A DNA stretch of 64,000 nt, from positions 23,936 to 87,935 of the forward strand of contig CAZFTF010000002.1 of NCBI GenBank assembly GCA_964521495.1, read 5' to 3'. Positions 11,218-23,800 of this stretch are shown here, one piece after another (the first letter of the stretch is position 1; every line of letters starts with the position of its first letter). Under the pieces are notes generated by a model, which ran no database searches, was not told the origin of the DNA, and was given only the letters and a program-made list of their open reading frames with translations. The stretch is from an uncultured Candidatus Peribacteria bacterium (GTDB taxonomy: Bacteria; Patescibacteriota; Gracilibacteria; BD1-5; JAGOOR01). The translations under genes were made by a program, and so were the position numbers.

Positions 11218-11748
11218 CTATACTCGAATCTTTTTTACTACTTCCTTATATCGGAGGCATTTTTCTGTGGTTCCTTTACCGGTAAGTCCTACGAAAAACC
11301 ATAAGGCTCAGAGTAAAACAAGAATAATCCCAGGATGACTAGATTTTTTGATCGTTGGTCCCACATCGATTTTGAGTCATTTTGCATCCTTTTTCTCAGG
11401 GGCAGGAACCTGGGTGATAATAGCATCCATAATTGGGCCACCAATGATAATCAAGAGGAGGCCGATGATCGCTTGGCTGATACGGAGTGTCCTGTGTTTG
11501 ATGAGACACCAAGGAAGTAACCCCTTTAGGAGCAGAAAAAGCCCAAGCACCATCAATCCGATGTGTGTATATCTTTCTTGTAGGGGACTTAGTACACCCA
11601 AGAACGGTATATCGAGGATAGATCGACTATCAGCGTACCAGAGCAGCTCTATAATGACCAATCCAGAGACAATATGAAATATCCGTATAGTGCTATCTTT
11701 TGGACGTTGTGCCACAAATTTGGCTACTTCAAGAAGGAGAGGATTCAT
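11218..11748 (-). CDS. Hypothetical multi-TM membrane protein (176 aa)
   Basis: Track ORF 11377..11748 (hydrophobic) is extended through two TGA codons to TAG at 11218-11220. It converges on the previous gene with a 3-nt gap. Confidence 0.5.
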
Positions 11749-12062
11749 AGAAAACGAAGAAAAATAAGATACTTTGAGTTTATTCAGAAACCATAAAATG
11801 CAAGAAGTGTTTTTTTATTGATAACTACTATAAAACAAACAATTCCAGGGGATACTGCAAGATGTATTTATAAAATATCTCTGATAAAATTTGAATGTAG
11901 CAACGTTATTGAAATAAAAAAGGAAAAGGTTATTAATTTTTTGAATCAAGGAGTATAATTTGGTGCTGGTAACATAAAAAATAATAAGTCAATACTCTTT
12001 CTGACGGAAAAAGAAGAAATACACGGAGGAATTATTTGAATTTACAGAGGTTATCTGGTAAT

Positions 12063-15000
12063 ATGAAGTGGAATATGAAAAAACTTGTCCTCATTTTAGC
12101 TCTTATTGTCTGATACTCTTCAGTATTTATGACGCCGTTGTATGCGGCAAGAGAAAAGATAGAATTTAATAATGGTGGATGTAGCTGAATGAACTGTTTT
12201 TTAAAAGGAGTTCAAGATGCTGGAGATAAGTTAAAAATAACTGGAGCTGTAACAGGTGTAGGTATTTCGGATGCTATTCAAGATTTCATCATTTATCTTC
12301 TAGGTTTTATATCCCTCATAGCACTTATTTATATCATGTATGCTGGTGCACAAATGCTTCTAAAACCTGCTGATGAGGAATCAGCAGCGAAAACGAAAAA
12401 AATTATCATTGGTGTTATTTCTGGTATTGTGGTTATATGGTTTGCATGGTGGATGGTGAGTACTATTTTCTTTATTTTAGGGACGGGAAACAATAAGATT
12501 TCATTTATTCCTCAAGCTATTGCAGAAACGCAAATAAGAAAAGTGGATTTTACGACATACAGTAACAGAATCGAAGCACTTAAAACAAAAATCGATGCAG
12601 AGTATAGCCCTGAAGTTATGAGTGAGCTCACTATTTTGATAGATGGAGCGTATGACCATATGCCGGATAGGGGTGATCTCTACCTCAATAAACAGCTCTA
12701 TGATACTGTTAAAAAAGCTATCGCTGACTATAACCTTCACAGAGAAATTATTGATAGATGAATTCTGCAAACAGCACTGCGTAATTTTATAGAATCAGCA
12801 GAGGTTTACATGATTAAATCTGAACCAGAGGCGACTCCACGTACTGGAGATGCCCCACTGTCTGTCACACTGGAAGCAAAAAAAACTATCGATGAGAGTG
12901 GCACTCTGGTACCAAATGATAACTATGTATGGTGGCTGAGAACAGAATGAGGTGGAACACAAATCATCGGAAAAGGTAATATTGTAAATTATACTTTTGA
13001 AACTTCTGGAACATATATGGTATTTCTTACGGTGAACTCCGCGAGTAAAAATAGTCGATGATTTGCTGATGTTATCAATTTTGAAGAAAGCGTCGTATTG
13101 GAAATCGGACAACCCAAGGTTAAATTTATGGTCAAGATAAATGATCAGTTGGTCAATCGGACGTTTAAGATATCTACAAAGGAAGCACTTAAGCCAATAC
13201 GGATTGATGCATCTGAGACACGATTTGCTTCGGGGTATACTACAAAGAATACAGAGTGGGATTTTGATAATGGAAATACTGACTCAAACGAAGGAGATCC
13301 TCAATTTGAAACACAGATGTATGAGCCTGGGGACTATGTTATACAGCTCAAATTGACTCGAAATGATGATGAAGAATTTACCTACCCAATCTTCTTAAAA
13401 ATTGGTGATCCTCTTGCGTCTATATCTACTACAACATGATCACCAAATAAATGAGAGAAAACTACTTTTCAAGCAAAAAAAACATCGAACGAAAATGATG
13501 TCCAATATCTTTGGGAGGTAAAAAAACAGGGGAGTGATGCTATCCTATATACTTCATCAGGTACTCGTTTAGAATATGTTTTCTGAGATACGGGGAAGTT
13601 TTTTGTCACACTGACCTCTATTAAATGAGATGTTCGAGATAAAGATACGATGGAAGTGAATGTGGAGTCACGACCACCAAATGTTCAATTTACAAGTGAG
13701 GTGGTATCTTCTGAGTTACCAAATGTTTTCTTGTTTGATGGCAGTAACTCTTTTGACCCTGATTATCCTGATAATCAAAAATTACGATTTGAGTGGTTTG
13801 TAAATGATACTGCTGTACAGTTAGCAGAAACAAATGAAAGAAATAGTCGTTGAAAATATACTTTTCCCGAAACAGGAATATATCGTGTATTGCTGAGAGT
13901 CACAGATGAGGAGTGAAAAACAAAAGAAGCACGCCATGAGGTAAGGGTTACCAGTATTTTGTCAGTTCAGCTTAACATGCGACCTGCAGTAGTCAAACGA
14001 TGACAGAAAGCGATATTAACTGTGACGGCTCCACGCGCAAAGACGTATGAATGGAAGATGGGAAACAATGAAGTAATTCGTACCGAAACAAATCGGTTTG
14101 TGACGAGCTTCTCTGTCTCATGAGTTATTCCGGTATCAGTCACAGTAACAGACGTAGATGGGGAGAGTAATACTGCCACAGAAAAAATTTATGTCATGGA
14201 AGATGAGCAACCATTTTCAATACTTGACCTCAAGAGCGAGTCTATACTTACCTTTTCTCAAAAGAGTGTCTGTAGTGGAGAAGAGGCTATCACATTTGAT
14301 CGGGCAAATTCAATTTCCTTTTCTGCTGATAGAAGTGTGAATATGGATGGTCGGAATAATGACCTTACCTATTTTTGGAAAATAGGTCTCAATAAGACAT
14401 CTACACAGAAAAATCTTTCCTATACATTTGATGAATTAGGTTGCGAAGAGATTAGTTTGACAGTTTCTGATAAAGTTACTGGCGCTTCCCATACAACAAA
14501 AACTTGGGTAAAGATCGTCAATCTAGCACCTATTTTTAATGATATTCAAGTCGTAGTTGAAAATCTGGATATGGATCCTATGCATGTCGATCTCAAGATT
14601 CTTGGCGCCAAAGATCCTGATGGACTTATTCGTTCCTATACTTGGTATTACTACACTGATCGAGATGAACAGCCTCAATGATTTCGTATTACACGATTAC
14701 CAGAGGCAAATTTTATCTTGCCAAAAATTACCGGGCGGTATTATTTCGCTGTCATGATGGAGGATTCAAATGGTCTTAAAATCAACACAAAAGAAGCTTC
14801 AGAGGTGCCTTTCTCGACGCCAGATTTATATGTAAATACGAATCTCTCGACACCAATTATTGAAAATTTCAAAGCTGATAATGCGGAAGTGAAATTTTGA
14901 GATATAACTGAGCTTTCTCTCGACGTGAAAACACCAGTTGCGAGCGATGTATGAGATAAGTCAGAATATCGATGGGATGTTGACGGGGATGGTTTTTATG

Positions 15001-17342
15001 ACGTCAAAACAACAACACCATTTTATAAATTCAAATATGTGTATCCTGGGGAATACAATCCAAAAGTCAAAGTTACACATAAATGAATATCTGCTACAAA
15101 AACAATAACCATCGTTGTTAAGAATAGTCTCATACCCAGGGCGACAATACAGATGTTAGGAAATAAAATCATTGCCTACAATACTTCATCAGGCATTTAC
15201 CAGAGTGCGAACTGGTATCTGGATGATAAGAAAATTTCTGAAAACAAAGAATATCTTGTATCAGAGATTCAATGATCGACTCTTCAAAATCTCAAACTCG
15301 AAATCTCGGACGGAAAAACCACAGAATCAGCGGTATATCCTATACAGGCTACTCTCAAAAATAAAGTTCTACTCAAAAAAATTACTCGTCCATTAGTTGT
15401 GGCGTCTTCTCTGAGTGGAGGAGATGTCACCGAGACTCCAGATGAGATAGTATGGGAAGATCCTATGACTCCTCTTTATCTCTATCTCGGCGAATCTCGA
15501 GGAAACATACGATATTATGTCATAGATACAGATATTGATATAGATACTGACTTATCTGGTTGAAAAGATGATGATGCTGACAATAGAGGTACTGCTTCAT
15601 ACCGAGGCGGAAGACCATTTCAGATACCAAAGGGCACCAAGAGGGTGACTATTATGAAGATCAGACTGATATGAAATGATAACAAAGATATCGATGTACG
15701 ACAAATTCGTGTTACACGAAAATTCTTAGCTGCTGTAGAACCAGAGATTGTAGAAGATAAGCAAACTCCAAAGATATTTAATCTTTCTCAAGAAGACAAG
15801 GATCGAATTGAAAAACTCAGAAACCTCGTTCAGTGAGCCCCAGAAGAGGAAAAACAGGAATTCAATAAAATTCTGGATCAGTTGGGAGATAACTGGTATG
15901 ATGTTGCTGAGCGTATTCAGACACTCAATTTCTTGTCCAACACAGTCAACGCAAGTCCGACATTATCTGCTGAGCTTAAGAAAAAAATTCTCGAACAAAT
16001 CAGCATTGTTTATACACAAGGAGATGATGTGATAGAGGAAAAACAACTTGCACTCAAAATGATAAAAGAATATCTCGCAAAGAGTCCTAAGAAGGTACAC
16101 ATATTTGGAGATTCAGAAACGACAGGGTTAATCAATGAACTTATTGATAATCCTGAGTATTATGAAGCTAATCTGAAAGTGATTCAAAAGATTATGGATG
16201 ACTATGTAGATCCAGATACGACATTGACTGCAGAAGTGAAAAAAGATATTAAAGAAAAATTGATGATACTTGCTGGGTCTCCCCCAGCCGCAATTGATCC
16301 AGATGTGCCTACTAAAGATGACACATCATCGGGTCGACTTACATGGCTCCTGTGGATTCTTTGAGGCGTGATGTGTATTATATTTGGTAGTGTTGGATTT
16401 ATATATGCTCGTCAACGACTCTCTCAGCATACAGATGCTCCAGAAGAAAAGCTAAATACCACATCAGAAACAATAACATCTCAAGAATCAGAAAAAAACT
16501 CTTCAGATCAGTTTATTTCTCAAGACGTTGCATCTACTACTCCTGATTGGCTCAAAGAAGAAGATTCTTCTCCATTTTGAAATGAAGATGTATTTTCAGA
16601 AAATGTTTCAGAATCTTCTGACGTTCATCAGCCAGAATGGCTCCAGGATACATCGACAGAAACTCTCACTACATCTGAAAAATCTGTTGAACCAATACAG
16701 AGCGAGCCTCCTACAATTCCAGTCAAAAATGATACAGAGGTCACTCCAGTTGAAGAAGTAGCTGCTTCAACAGAAACGGCAGGAGAGATCCCAGATTGGC
16801 TCCAGGGCACATCAGAAGATCAGGATGGTGTGCTAACGGAAGAATCAATCACTCCAGAAGCGAGCGTTCCTCCTGAGAAACAAATTATTCCTGAGACGCA
16901 AATTGAGGGTAGTATTGAAAATAAAGAAACACAAGATGATGATATTCCTGACTGGTTACGATGAGCAGAGAATACTCTTGCTGAGGAGGGAAAAACTTCA
17001 GAAATCTCTAATGATATTTCAGTTCCATCTGATGAACAATTGTTCGTAAACGAAGAAACATCTTCTGATGATATTCAAACATCTGTCAAAGAAGAAACAC
17101 CTCAAAATGATTGAAAAAATATAAAAACTGAAACAATAGAAGATGCAGAAAAAGAATTACTCGAGAGCCCAACGCATTTAATTGAGCCAACTCAAGACGC
17201 ACTCATTGACTCACCAGAAAAGAAAAAGACCGCAAAGAAGAAGTCGCCTACTCGTAAGCCAAAGACAGTTCCAAGTGACCATCTTCTTTCATCAGAGCAC
17301 GATATGCTCCTTCCTTCATCGACAACAGATCACCCTCTCTAA
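12063..17342 (+). CDS. Giant envelope protein (1,759 aa): signal peptide, TrbC/VirB2-like two-TM pilin hairpin, PKD-domain array, Ca-binding-like D-rich loop, helical stalk, TM helix, acidic tail with PDWL motifs
   Basis: Track ORFs at 12189, 13098, 13650, 14196, 14718, 15882 and 16368 are all in frame 0. I translated every gap and found only TGA, never TAA or TAG. PKD-like signatures include GDAPLSVTLEA, WDFDNGNT and RWDVDGDGFYD. Hairpin: IQDFIIYLLGFISLIALIYIMYAGAQMLLKPADEESAAKTKKIIIGVISGIVVIWFAWWMV. TM helix: LTWLLWILGGVMCIIFGSVGFIYA. TAA at 17340-17342. Confidence 0.8.
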
Positions 17343-17350
17343 TTCGTTTT

Positions 17351-19699
17351 ATGGACATTAAAAAAGACACATCATCTGTAAATAAAAGTTCTTTATTCCA
17401 AAAAATAGTGAGGTTTACGATGAGCGATGAGAATTATCAGCCAGAAAAGATAATACAAGCAGCCAGAGAGAAAAAACCAGTGTCATTCTGGAAACATACT
17501 AAGGCCGCTCTTTTGGTATTAGGAGTATTTTACCTTTTGTTGTGTGCTTTTATATTGCTCAATCCTGGATTTTCACTCTTCTTTAATAATGTTTTTGGTA
17601 TCGAGTATGTTACAGTTCAATTTATACTCGAGTATACGATATATGTTTTTTATAGTATTTTTGGTATTTTGTTAGGTATTGTATTTTTATTTTTTTGGTA
17701 TAGATCGATAGTTATCAAGACCCGAAAAAATTACAAACGAATTGTTCTTTGGGTATTAACACTTGTATTTGGATGACTCTTTTTCACCAATGTGGCATTA
17801 TTTGCATGGACCTATACGTGGTTTCTGTCTATTGATTTTACCAATATCAATGAGCGAGTTATTATGTATGACAATGTTCTACTTGGCTATAAACAGAAAC
17901 TACCAAATCCAGAACATTTTGGGTATAGTAAAAAGGTATCAGTGAAAGATTTGTCATTTTACAAAGTCCCTAAAAAGGTCATATGACCTCTCAGTATTCG
18001 CTATGATATAAGTCCACAAATCAGAAAAGTAGTCCGTGAAAATGGTATCTTGCTGAATCGCTGATATTCTTTTGAAATTGATTATAATGGTGATGGTGAT
18101 CCTGATACTGGCTCCGGGGACAATGCTAATGTCGACTTGGCTATTGATAATCCTGAATCTGAAGTTCTCGCTCCTGAATTATTTAATAAAATAGGGCATT
18201 ACAAAACAACCGCCAAGATTCGAGCAATAGATGCTGCAGGAAATAAAAAAGAAATAGACATAGAAATGCCTGATGTTTTGATACAAAATGTTGTAGAAAT
18301 TTCACGAAAAGAGGGTGTAGACGGGGCAAAAATATATTTATTTAATGCCTCAAGTCTTGCGAATCTTGGACAAGCTCGATGGAGTATTCTCGGTGATCCA
18401 GAATCAACGTACGTAGGGTATCAATTTTCTCCGAAAAATATCAAACAATATCCTGCTATTGTTTGTCTCAAGATGCAGCCAATGGATGTACAAGCAAACG
18501 ATCCCTGTGATTGGAGATATGTGATTGATGAAAATATCCAAAAAAATATCACTAACACGGCCATTGCAATAAAGATTGATCCCATTAATCCATTGAAATA
18601 TCAATTCTCTATTGATCCAAAACTCTTACAGGGGGAGATAAAAAAAATCCGTTGGAAAATTGACGGAAAGACATTTGATGGAAAATTTCCTTCAGGAACA
18701 GAGAAAATACTTGAATACACGTTTAAAGAATCAGGAACTTATTTACTGGATGCCGAAATAGAGGATACACTGGGAAATATTGTGAATACTTCAACAGAAT
18801 CGATTTTTACAACATTATTTACAGAACTTAAAAGTGGGTATGCTCTCAAAATATCTGATGAAAATGGAGGGGACTTAGGGAAAAATAATTACAATATACA
18901 TACCAATACTTATTTCCTTCCCGATAGCCCAGTTCCAACAGTGCTGACAATGGATGCCATAGGTATACAATCTGTGAATCCACGCCTTAAGCTCTCAAAA
19001 GTTGAATGGGATCTGGATAACGATGGAATTTTTGAAAAAAAAGGATTGAAAATAAATCCAGAACTTTTATTACCAGAACAATATACTATCTATGTTCGAT
19101 ACACGTTTGAAGACAAAACAGTTGATGGAGATATCAAACCACAAATCTATATCGACAAAGTAATAGTAAAGTGAATTCAAAAAGATATAGATGTTCGTGT
19201 CAGGATTCGTCCTGATCATGACTATGCTCCTGCTCTTGTTCATTTTGATGCAACTGAATCACGAGTACAACGAGGGGAAATACTCAAATTTATCTATGAT
19301 TTTTGAGATGGCAGTAAAGTCTATGAAGGAGAAGGTATTGTCGATTACCGATACAAAGTACCAGGAGAGTATAAGGTGCGTGTCACAGCAGTAACAAAAG
19401 ATGGTAGAAAGGCAGTCAAAGAAAGTATGTTGATCATTAAAAAGCCACAAGAAACCATTGCAATTATCCCAAGTGTGTCTTCTGAAAATGCACAAGCGGG
19501 ATTTCCTATTACATTTGAGGTCATTTCTCAGGGTGATACGGAATCAATAATATGGAATTTTGGAGATAATTCACAAATTGAACAAGGTGAAAGTGTTGTT
19601 CATACATTTTGAACTTCGGGTACCTATTCAATCAGCGTGAGAGCAATATATGAGACAGGTATAGAAAAATCAGAGACCATTACCTACCAAGTGAAATAA
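17351..19699 (+). CDS. Multi-TM PKD-domain surface protein (782 aa)
   Basis: Track ORFs 17351, 17792, 18137 and 19376 share one frame and are joined through TGA. The N-terminus has several hydrophobic helices. PKD-like motifs: IRWKIDGKTF, VEWDLDNDGIFE, FIYDF[G]DGSKVYEGEG (the motif Gly is a TGA) and IWNFGDNSQ. It starts 8 nt after the previous gene. TAA at 19697-19699. Confidence 0.75.
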
Positions 19700-19703
19700 A
19701 TTT

Positions 19704-20747
19704 ATGTTTTACGATATTTGACTCTTTTTTGAAACATTCTGGCAACCGCTGAGCATTATTTCTCTTTCAGCAGTTGGGTATTGTAGCCTGCTTCATTGGT
19801 ATGGTAAGATTTCCAAAACCCAAACTCTCGCCCTATTCTTAACAGGTATTATCGTGATAACCTGTATTTTTCTTCCATTTAATTGGTCTATAGGAAATTC
19901 TGGGCAAACACAAGAAATAAACCTCTTTTTCTTCACGCTTAACATCGAATGAAATAATTTTATTCAAGCTCTTCAGACAACCCTAGAATCCGGAAGTATT
20001 ACGAATAATGGGGCAAATAACGCTGTTACGTTTTTTCTCGCTTTCCTCGAAGAAATATCCAAGCTATGACTTTTGATTCTTCTGGTCAAAAAAGTTCTGA
20101 AATGGCCAATGGTATTGATAGGATTTGCTCTTCTTGGAAAAATAGTGTACGAATACTACGGCACAGAGGGTATTCCTCTTCTTCATACGACTTTGATTGG
20201 TATAGGGGGTTTTATTCTAGTGGTCGTTCTTGGTATTTGTCTGTCATTTTCTCGTCAGCTCGAGAGTGTATCAGATTATGTTTTTAGTATTGCACTGGTT
20301 GCAGCCGGTTTTGCTTTTGCAGAAAATATCAAATATATGATGGATCTCTTTCATAATGGACAAACAGAAGAAATGATTCTTCATAACGCAATTGGGCGTT
20401 CTATTTTTTGATATCTCTCACATATTTTCTTCAGTATGATTTGTGTCCTCATTTATGCTCGTGGAAGGTTTGCATTTTTGAGAGCAATTGACGATATTGG
20501 CAATGTCTCGCCTCTTCAGAAAACACTTGGTTGGTCAACCTATACTCTGCTGATGACTTGGTTGGGGTTTATTGGGGGAGTCATCGTAGCCACCCTGATT
20601 CATGGGTACTATAATATTTTAATTAACCAGGATCCAATAATACCATTCATTATTCTGGTAATCGGTTTTTTGTTTCTAGAACTCTTTGTCCTCCATAGTT
20701 TCCGAAATACGACACGCTACGGGCATCTCGAAGCCGCAATGGGATAA
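19704..20747 (+). CDS. PrsW-family intramembrane metalloprotease-like protein
   Basis: Track ORFs 20073..20411 and 20436..20747 plus an N-terminal part are in one frame with 4 TGA codons. Polytopic membrane protein carrying FLEEISKL (EExxK), AAGFAFAENIKY and HNAIGRSIF[G]YLSH, which match the PrsW protease motifs. Confidence 0.7.
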
Positions 20748-20770
20748 ATAATAATAGTCATACATTCCAC

Positions 20771-20806
20771 AAATATCTCCTATTTTTATAGGAGATATTT
20801 TTTTAT
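20771..20806 (+). terminator. Rho-independent terminator after the prsW-like gene
   Basis: Perfect 13-bp stem aaatatctcctat/ataggagatattt with a tttt loop, followed by a T-run. Confidence 0.6.
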
Positions 20807-20875
20807 ACTCAAAATATTTGCATTCTATAAAATGATATGATAGGATGATTGTGTTCATATTTCTAATTCATTTTT

Positions 20876-23800
20876 ATGAAAACAAAGAAAAAGCTCATCG
20901 CAATCGGTGTAGCAGCCTCAATTCTTACCGCACTTTTTGTGTTGGATCCAGGAGGAAGAATAGGTTCCCTCGCCTCGAGGATGCTCGATCAAATCCCAAA
21001 TCCAACTGTGGATCACCAGATAATACCGCGTCTTCCCAATAATGTATTTTGAAGAACAAATGGTGACGAATATTATCATCCTCGAGGCGTTGCTGTTTAC
21101 GGAGATAAGCTCTTTGTCACTGACTGGTATAGGCATCAAGTTAAAGTAGTCAATAAAAGCACGGGGGAGGTAATAAGAATTATTGGTAAACATGGATGAG
21201 AAAATGGTGAATTTAGTTATCCATTTAATATCGTCATTGATGAGAAGAATAAATTTTTCTATGTGACTGATCTCAACAATCATCGTGTACAGAAATTCAA
21301 CCTTGAAACATATGCATATGTAGCTAAAATTGGTACTCAATGAAGCGGTCCTGGTGATTTTGTCAACCCAACAGGTATTGCTCTGGATGTAGAAAATAAT
21401 CGTCTCTATGTCTCTGACTACCACTGTCGTGTTCAGAGATTCGAGCTTAGTACTCTTCAGTATCGTGATACTTTCGGAGGAACATGTGGAAATAATAATA
21501 ATCAATTTAATCGTCATAATGGTTATGGTCCTGAATCATTGGAAGTTGATTCGGAAGGAAACGTCTATGTTGCCGATACATGGAACAATCGAGTTCAAAA
21601 ATTTACCCATAATGGACAATATTTAGCTACTGTTGTGTCGAGTGCGACCACTAATACAACTGTTACATGGCCTATGGGGTTATTTATTGATAAAGGAGGA
21701 TATCTCTACGTTACATCTGCTTATACACATCGAATCAAGAAATTGGATATCAAAGCAGCAAACAATCCACTCATCAGAGAATATGGATCTTATGGAAATG
21801 ATAGTGATGAGTTCCATTATCCAAGAGGCATCTTTGTAGATCAAGAGACAGATATTTATGTTGCAGATACTAACAGTCATCGTATCAAAATCTTTCAACA
21901 ACATATCATCGTGCCTACGGCTCCAACAAGTCTTACAGCGACACCAAATGTCACTGAGATTGGGCTGACATGGACAGCAGCTTCACCAAGAACAGGGACA
22001 CCTCTTCTTGATTACATTGTAGAATATAAAAAGACAACTGCTGATGATTGGAGAAGGTTGAGTGATGGTATAGGCACCAATACTTCTGCGACTATTGCAG
22101 GGCTTGATGCGAATACAGATTATCAATTCCGCGTCTTTGCTCGTAATACTGCACGAGAAGATGGAGAAAAGAGTGCTTCCATTCAAAGAAAAACTCTCAA
22201 TACCCTCGCACCAAAAGCACCTACTAATCTCGTGGCCGGTATTGGTAATAGACAGATTAATCTCAGTTGGACAGCATCGAATACGAACGGATGATCGGCT
22301 ATCAAGGATTATATTGTAGAATTTAGGCTAAGTGGTGGTCAATGGCAAGTTTTCCCTGATTGAGTTCGGTCTACTACAACAGCTGACGTAACTGGTCTAG
22401 CAAATGACACTCGATATGATTTCCGCGTAAAAGCTGAAAATAGTACGTGAACAGGAGCATTTAGTCCATATTCTGCTATTGTATCTCGTGCACCCACTGC
22501 AGATGATAAATGTAATGATATCGCTGGGGTTCAAACAGTAGTCCCAAAGAATCTTAAAAGAAATTCACAAGGAGATTGTGTATGTATCAATGAGGGTGTC
22601 AGAATGTCGGTTGCAGATCCAGCAACATGTACTTTGACATGTAGTGATACGCGTCGTGAACCTGCAAAACCACAGTTCAAAGTTGTATATGATGACGGTT
22701 ATCCACGACTCTATGAAAATAATCAAGATACTGTCGGTACACCTATGACGGCAAGACGAATAATTATTAGTGACGATGCGGACGGTACTGTGTTAGATAC
22801 AAATTCATGGATTCCTCTTTTCCGACCAAATGTGCAACCATTTTATGATGGTCCGATTATTCAAGACGCACTTCGACTCTCTCTCGCGAGAAATGGGAAT
22901 ACTCTCAAAATGCTCTGGTATGGAAACCGTGTAGATGATAGAATAGAACGTGTTAAAGGACGTATTATTATCGACGGAAGTCCTGATATTAGATGGACCG
23001 GATTTGTAGAACAAAATACGCTCGAAGATAATACTGACAAGATACGTATTGCTGATAATAATCCTAAAGTGATTTATTTTGATATGGTTGTAAATCCAGC
23101 GATTGATTCATTTATTGCCAAGTTTGATCTCGGATCTCGAGAAGATGCCTGTGTCGAGAAGCCTCTTATTATCTTTGATAAAAATGCCTCTGATGCTACA
23201 GGTAGTATGAATGATCAATTATTGCCAATTAATACAGCCACAGCTCTTACTGCAAATGCTTTCAGTCGACCATGATATCAATTTGCTGGCTGGAATACAG
23301 CTGCTGATGGCGAAGGAACGAACTACGCTAACAGAGCGAATTACACGATGGAATCTGCCAGAAATATTACTCTCTACGCAAAATGGGCTGCTTCTACCTA
23401 TCCTATCACCTATAATGCCAATGGCGCAACGAGTGGTTCAGTTCCCGCTGCTCAAACAAAAATACATGATGTCGCTCTTATACTTGGAGCGAACTCAAGT
23501 GCTCTCGTAAAAACTGGATACACCTTTTCTGGTTGGAATACCGCTGCTGATGGTACTGGTACCAATCATGCTGCTGGAGCAAACTATACAGCAAATGCTG
23601 CACTAAATCTCTACGCAAAATGGACTCTGAATACACACACTGTGAGTGCTGCTGCCAATATTCAAAATGGCTCAATAACTCCTGCTACTCGATCAGTTGG
23701 GCATAATGCAACGACTACATTTACAGTTACTCCAAATCCTGGATATGCTATTGCTTCTGTAACAGGATGTGGCGGTACGCTCTCAGGCAGTACATATACT

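Noticed and set aside
12759-12761. The TGA after the VirB2-like module could be a true stop that separates a small pilin gene from a downstream PKD gene.
   Set aside because: UGA is read as a sense codon at about 150 other positions in the window. No start codon or spacer follows, and the downstream frame continues directly into a PKD module. This remains the key assumption to test, as described in the finding on this gene.
20918-21517. A 199-aa minus-strand ORF opposite the start of the giant NHL protein.
   Set aside because: The plus-strand frame carries clear NHL repeats. The antisense translation is Ile/Ser/Asn-rich with no motif, and it would need the giant gene to be disrupted.
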